Positions 31,455-32,000 of a stretch of DNA of 32,000 nt are shown here, in pieces. Source of the stretch: Halomicronema hongdechloris C2206 (GTDB lineage Bacteria; Cyanobacteriota; Cyanobacteriia; Phormidesmidales; Phormidesmidaceae). Where the stretch lies: the NCBI RefSeq assembly GCF_002075285.3, contig NZ_CP021983.2, positions 1,650,001-1,682,000 on the forward strand, given 5' to 3'. A program made the translations under genes and the position numbers. Numbering within the stretch: position 1 is the stretch's first letter; each line of letters opens with the position of its first letter. Below the pieces are notes generated by a model. The model worked only from the letters and a program-made list of their open reading frames with translations. It was not told the origin of the DNA and did not search any database.

Positions 31455-32000
31455 TCACTCAGCTTTTTCGTAAGCGGCCACGATGCGTTGCACCAAGGGA
31501 TGACGCACTACATCGGATTGGGTGAACTTGCAGAAGGCGATGCCGTCTACATTCTGTAGGATCTTTTGGGCCAAGATTAACCCTGAGGTTTGGCCGGGGT
31601 TGAGATCAGTTTGGGTGGTATCGCCGGTGACCACCATGCGAGCTTGGAAGCCCAAGCGAGTCAGGACCATCTTCATCTGGGCAGGGCTGGTATTTTGGGC
31701 CTCATCCATGATGATGAAGGCATTATTCAGGGTTCGTCCTCGCATGTAGGCTAAGGGGGCAACTTCGATCACACCCCGCTCCATCAAGCTGGGAATTTTT
31801 TCTGGATCGATCAATTCATGCAGGGCGTCGTACAGAGGACGCAGGTAGGGGTTAATCTTCTGCTGCAGATCTCCTGGGAGAAACCCCAAACGTTCTCCGG
31901 CTTCTACCGCTGGCCGGGTGAGGATGAGCCGCTCGTATTCATCATTCATCAGGGCCTTAACACCCACCATGGCCGCCAAAAAGGTTTTGCCGGTGCCGGC
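31455..32000 (-). CDS. phoH: PhoH-family ATPase, C-terminal ~180 codons (N-terminus beyond the right window edge)
   Basis: The reverse translation of the last bases gives [13 protein letters not shown] (Walker A). It continues [36 protein letters not shown]...[20 protein letters not shown]...GDTTQTDL...[13 protein letters not shown]. Confidence 0.92.
   Translation of the reverse strand, partial: AGTGKTFLAAMVGVKALMNDEYERLILTRPAVEAGERLGFLPGDLQQKINPYLRPLYDALHELIDPEKIPSLMERGVIEVAPLAYMRGRTLNNAFIIMDEAQNTSPAQMKMVLTRLGFQARMVVTGDTTQTDLNPGQTSGLILAQKILQNVDGIAFCKFTQSDVVRHPLVQRIVAAYEKAE

Noticed and set aside
1-32000. Search for CRISPR arrays, tRNA/rRNA genes, group II introns and retron-like or TnpB-associated RNAs
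   Set aside because: No direct repeat occurs more than 2-3 times with regular spacing. No T-loop-like GGTTCGAATCC-type motif lies in intergenic DNA. No reverse transcriptase, Cas or TnpB-like ORF appears in the track.

Overview
This looks like a cyanobacterial chromosome segment. The HIP1 octamer GCGATCGC occurs at least 17 times by eye, and the window holds a CyanoP/PsbP-like lipoprotein, a pentapeptide/WD40 STAND protein and a PilZ-type cellulose synthase.

The left third (1-11.5 kb) is an IS-riddled accessory mosaic:
- a partial IS4-family IS;
- a DUF5615/PIN-like toxin gene destroyed by two IS insertions. One is an IS5-family element at 1243-2528 with a TATT duplication, and the gene reads through cleanly if that IS is removed in silico;
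- an AraC 3' remnant, a VOC/glyoxalase gene and a vapBC cassette bracketed by a dispersed ~50-nt repeat;
- an intact AraC regulator divergent from a gene string: 4-TM protein, Zn-ADH-like oxidoreductase, paralogous 4-TM protein, cupin, P-loop kinase-like protein, truncated SAM methyltransferase;
- an ISL3-family IS whose transposase is split exactly at an in-phase A_AAA_AAG heptamer;
- several further gene fragments.

At 11.9-15.6 kb lies a 1218-aa Apaf-1-like STAND protein (HTH-like cap, NB-ARC NTPase, pentapeptide spacer, 14 WD40 blades), preceded by a 440-nt repeat-bearing leader.

The right half is mostly core-like: a conserved hypothetical, a GT39/ArnT-like glycosyltransferase, a BcsA-like cellulose synthase with a variant PilZ motif, a split secreted SH3b-like protein, polA, two gene remnants, cyanoP, maf, a frameshifted FAD oxidoreductase, a TerB-like/Mo-nitro_C protein, a lipoprotein, a hypothetical and partial phoH.

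I found no rRNA, tRNA or CRISPR array. The best candidates for undescribed biology are the effector-less STAND/WD40 sensor with its leader, the AraC-linked membrane/oxidoreductase/cupin/kinase mosaic, and the possible recoding site in the ISL3 transposase. All functional statements rest on motif reading by eye. No database search was run.
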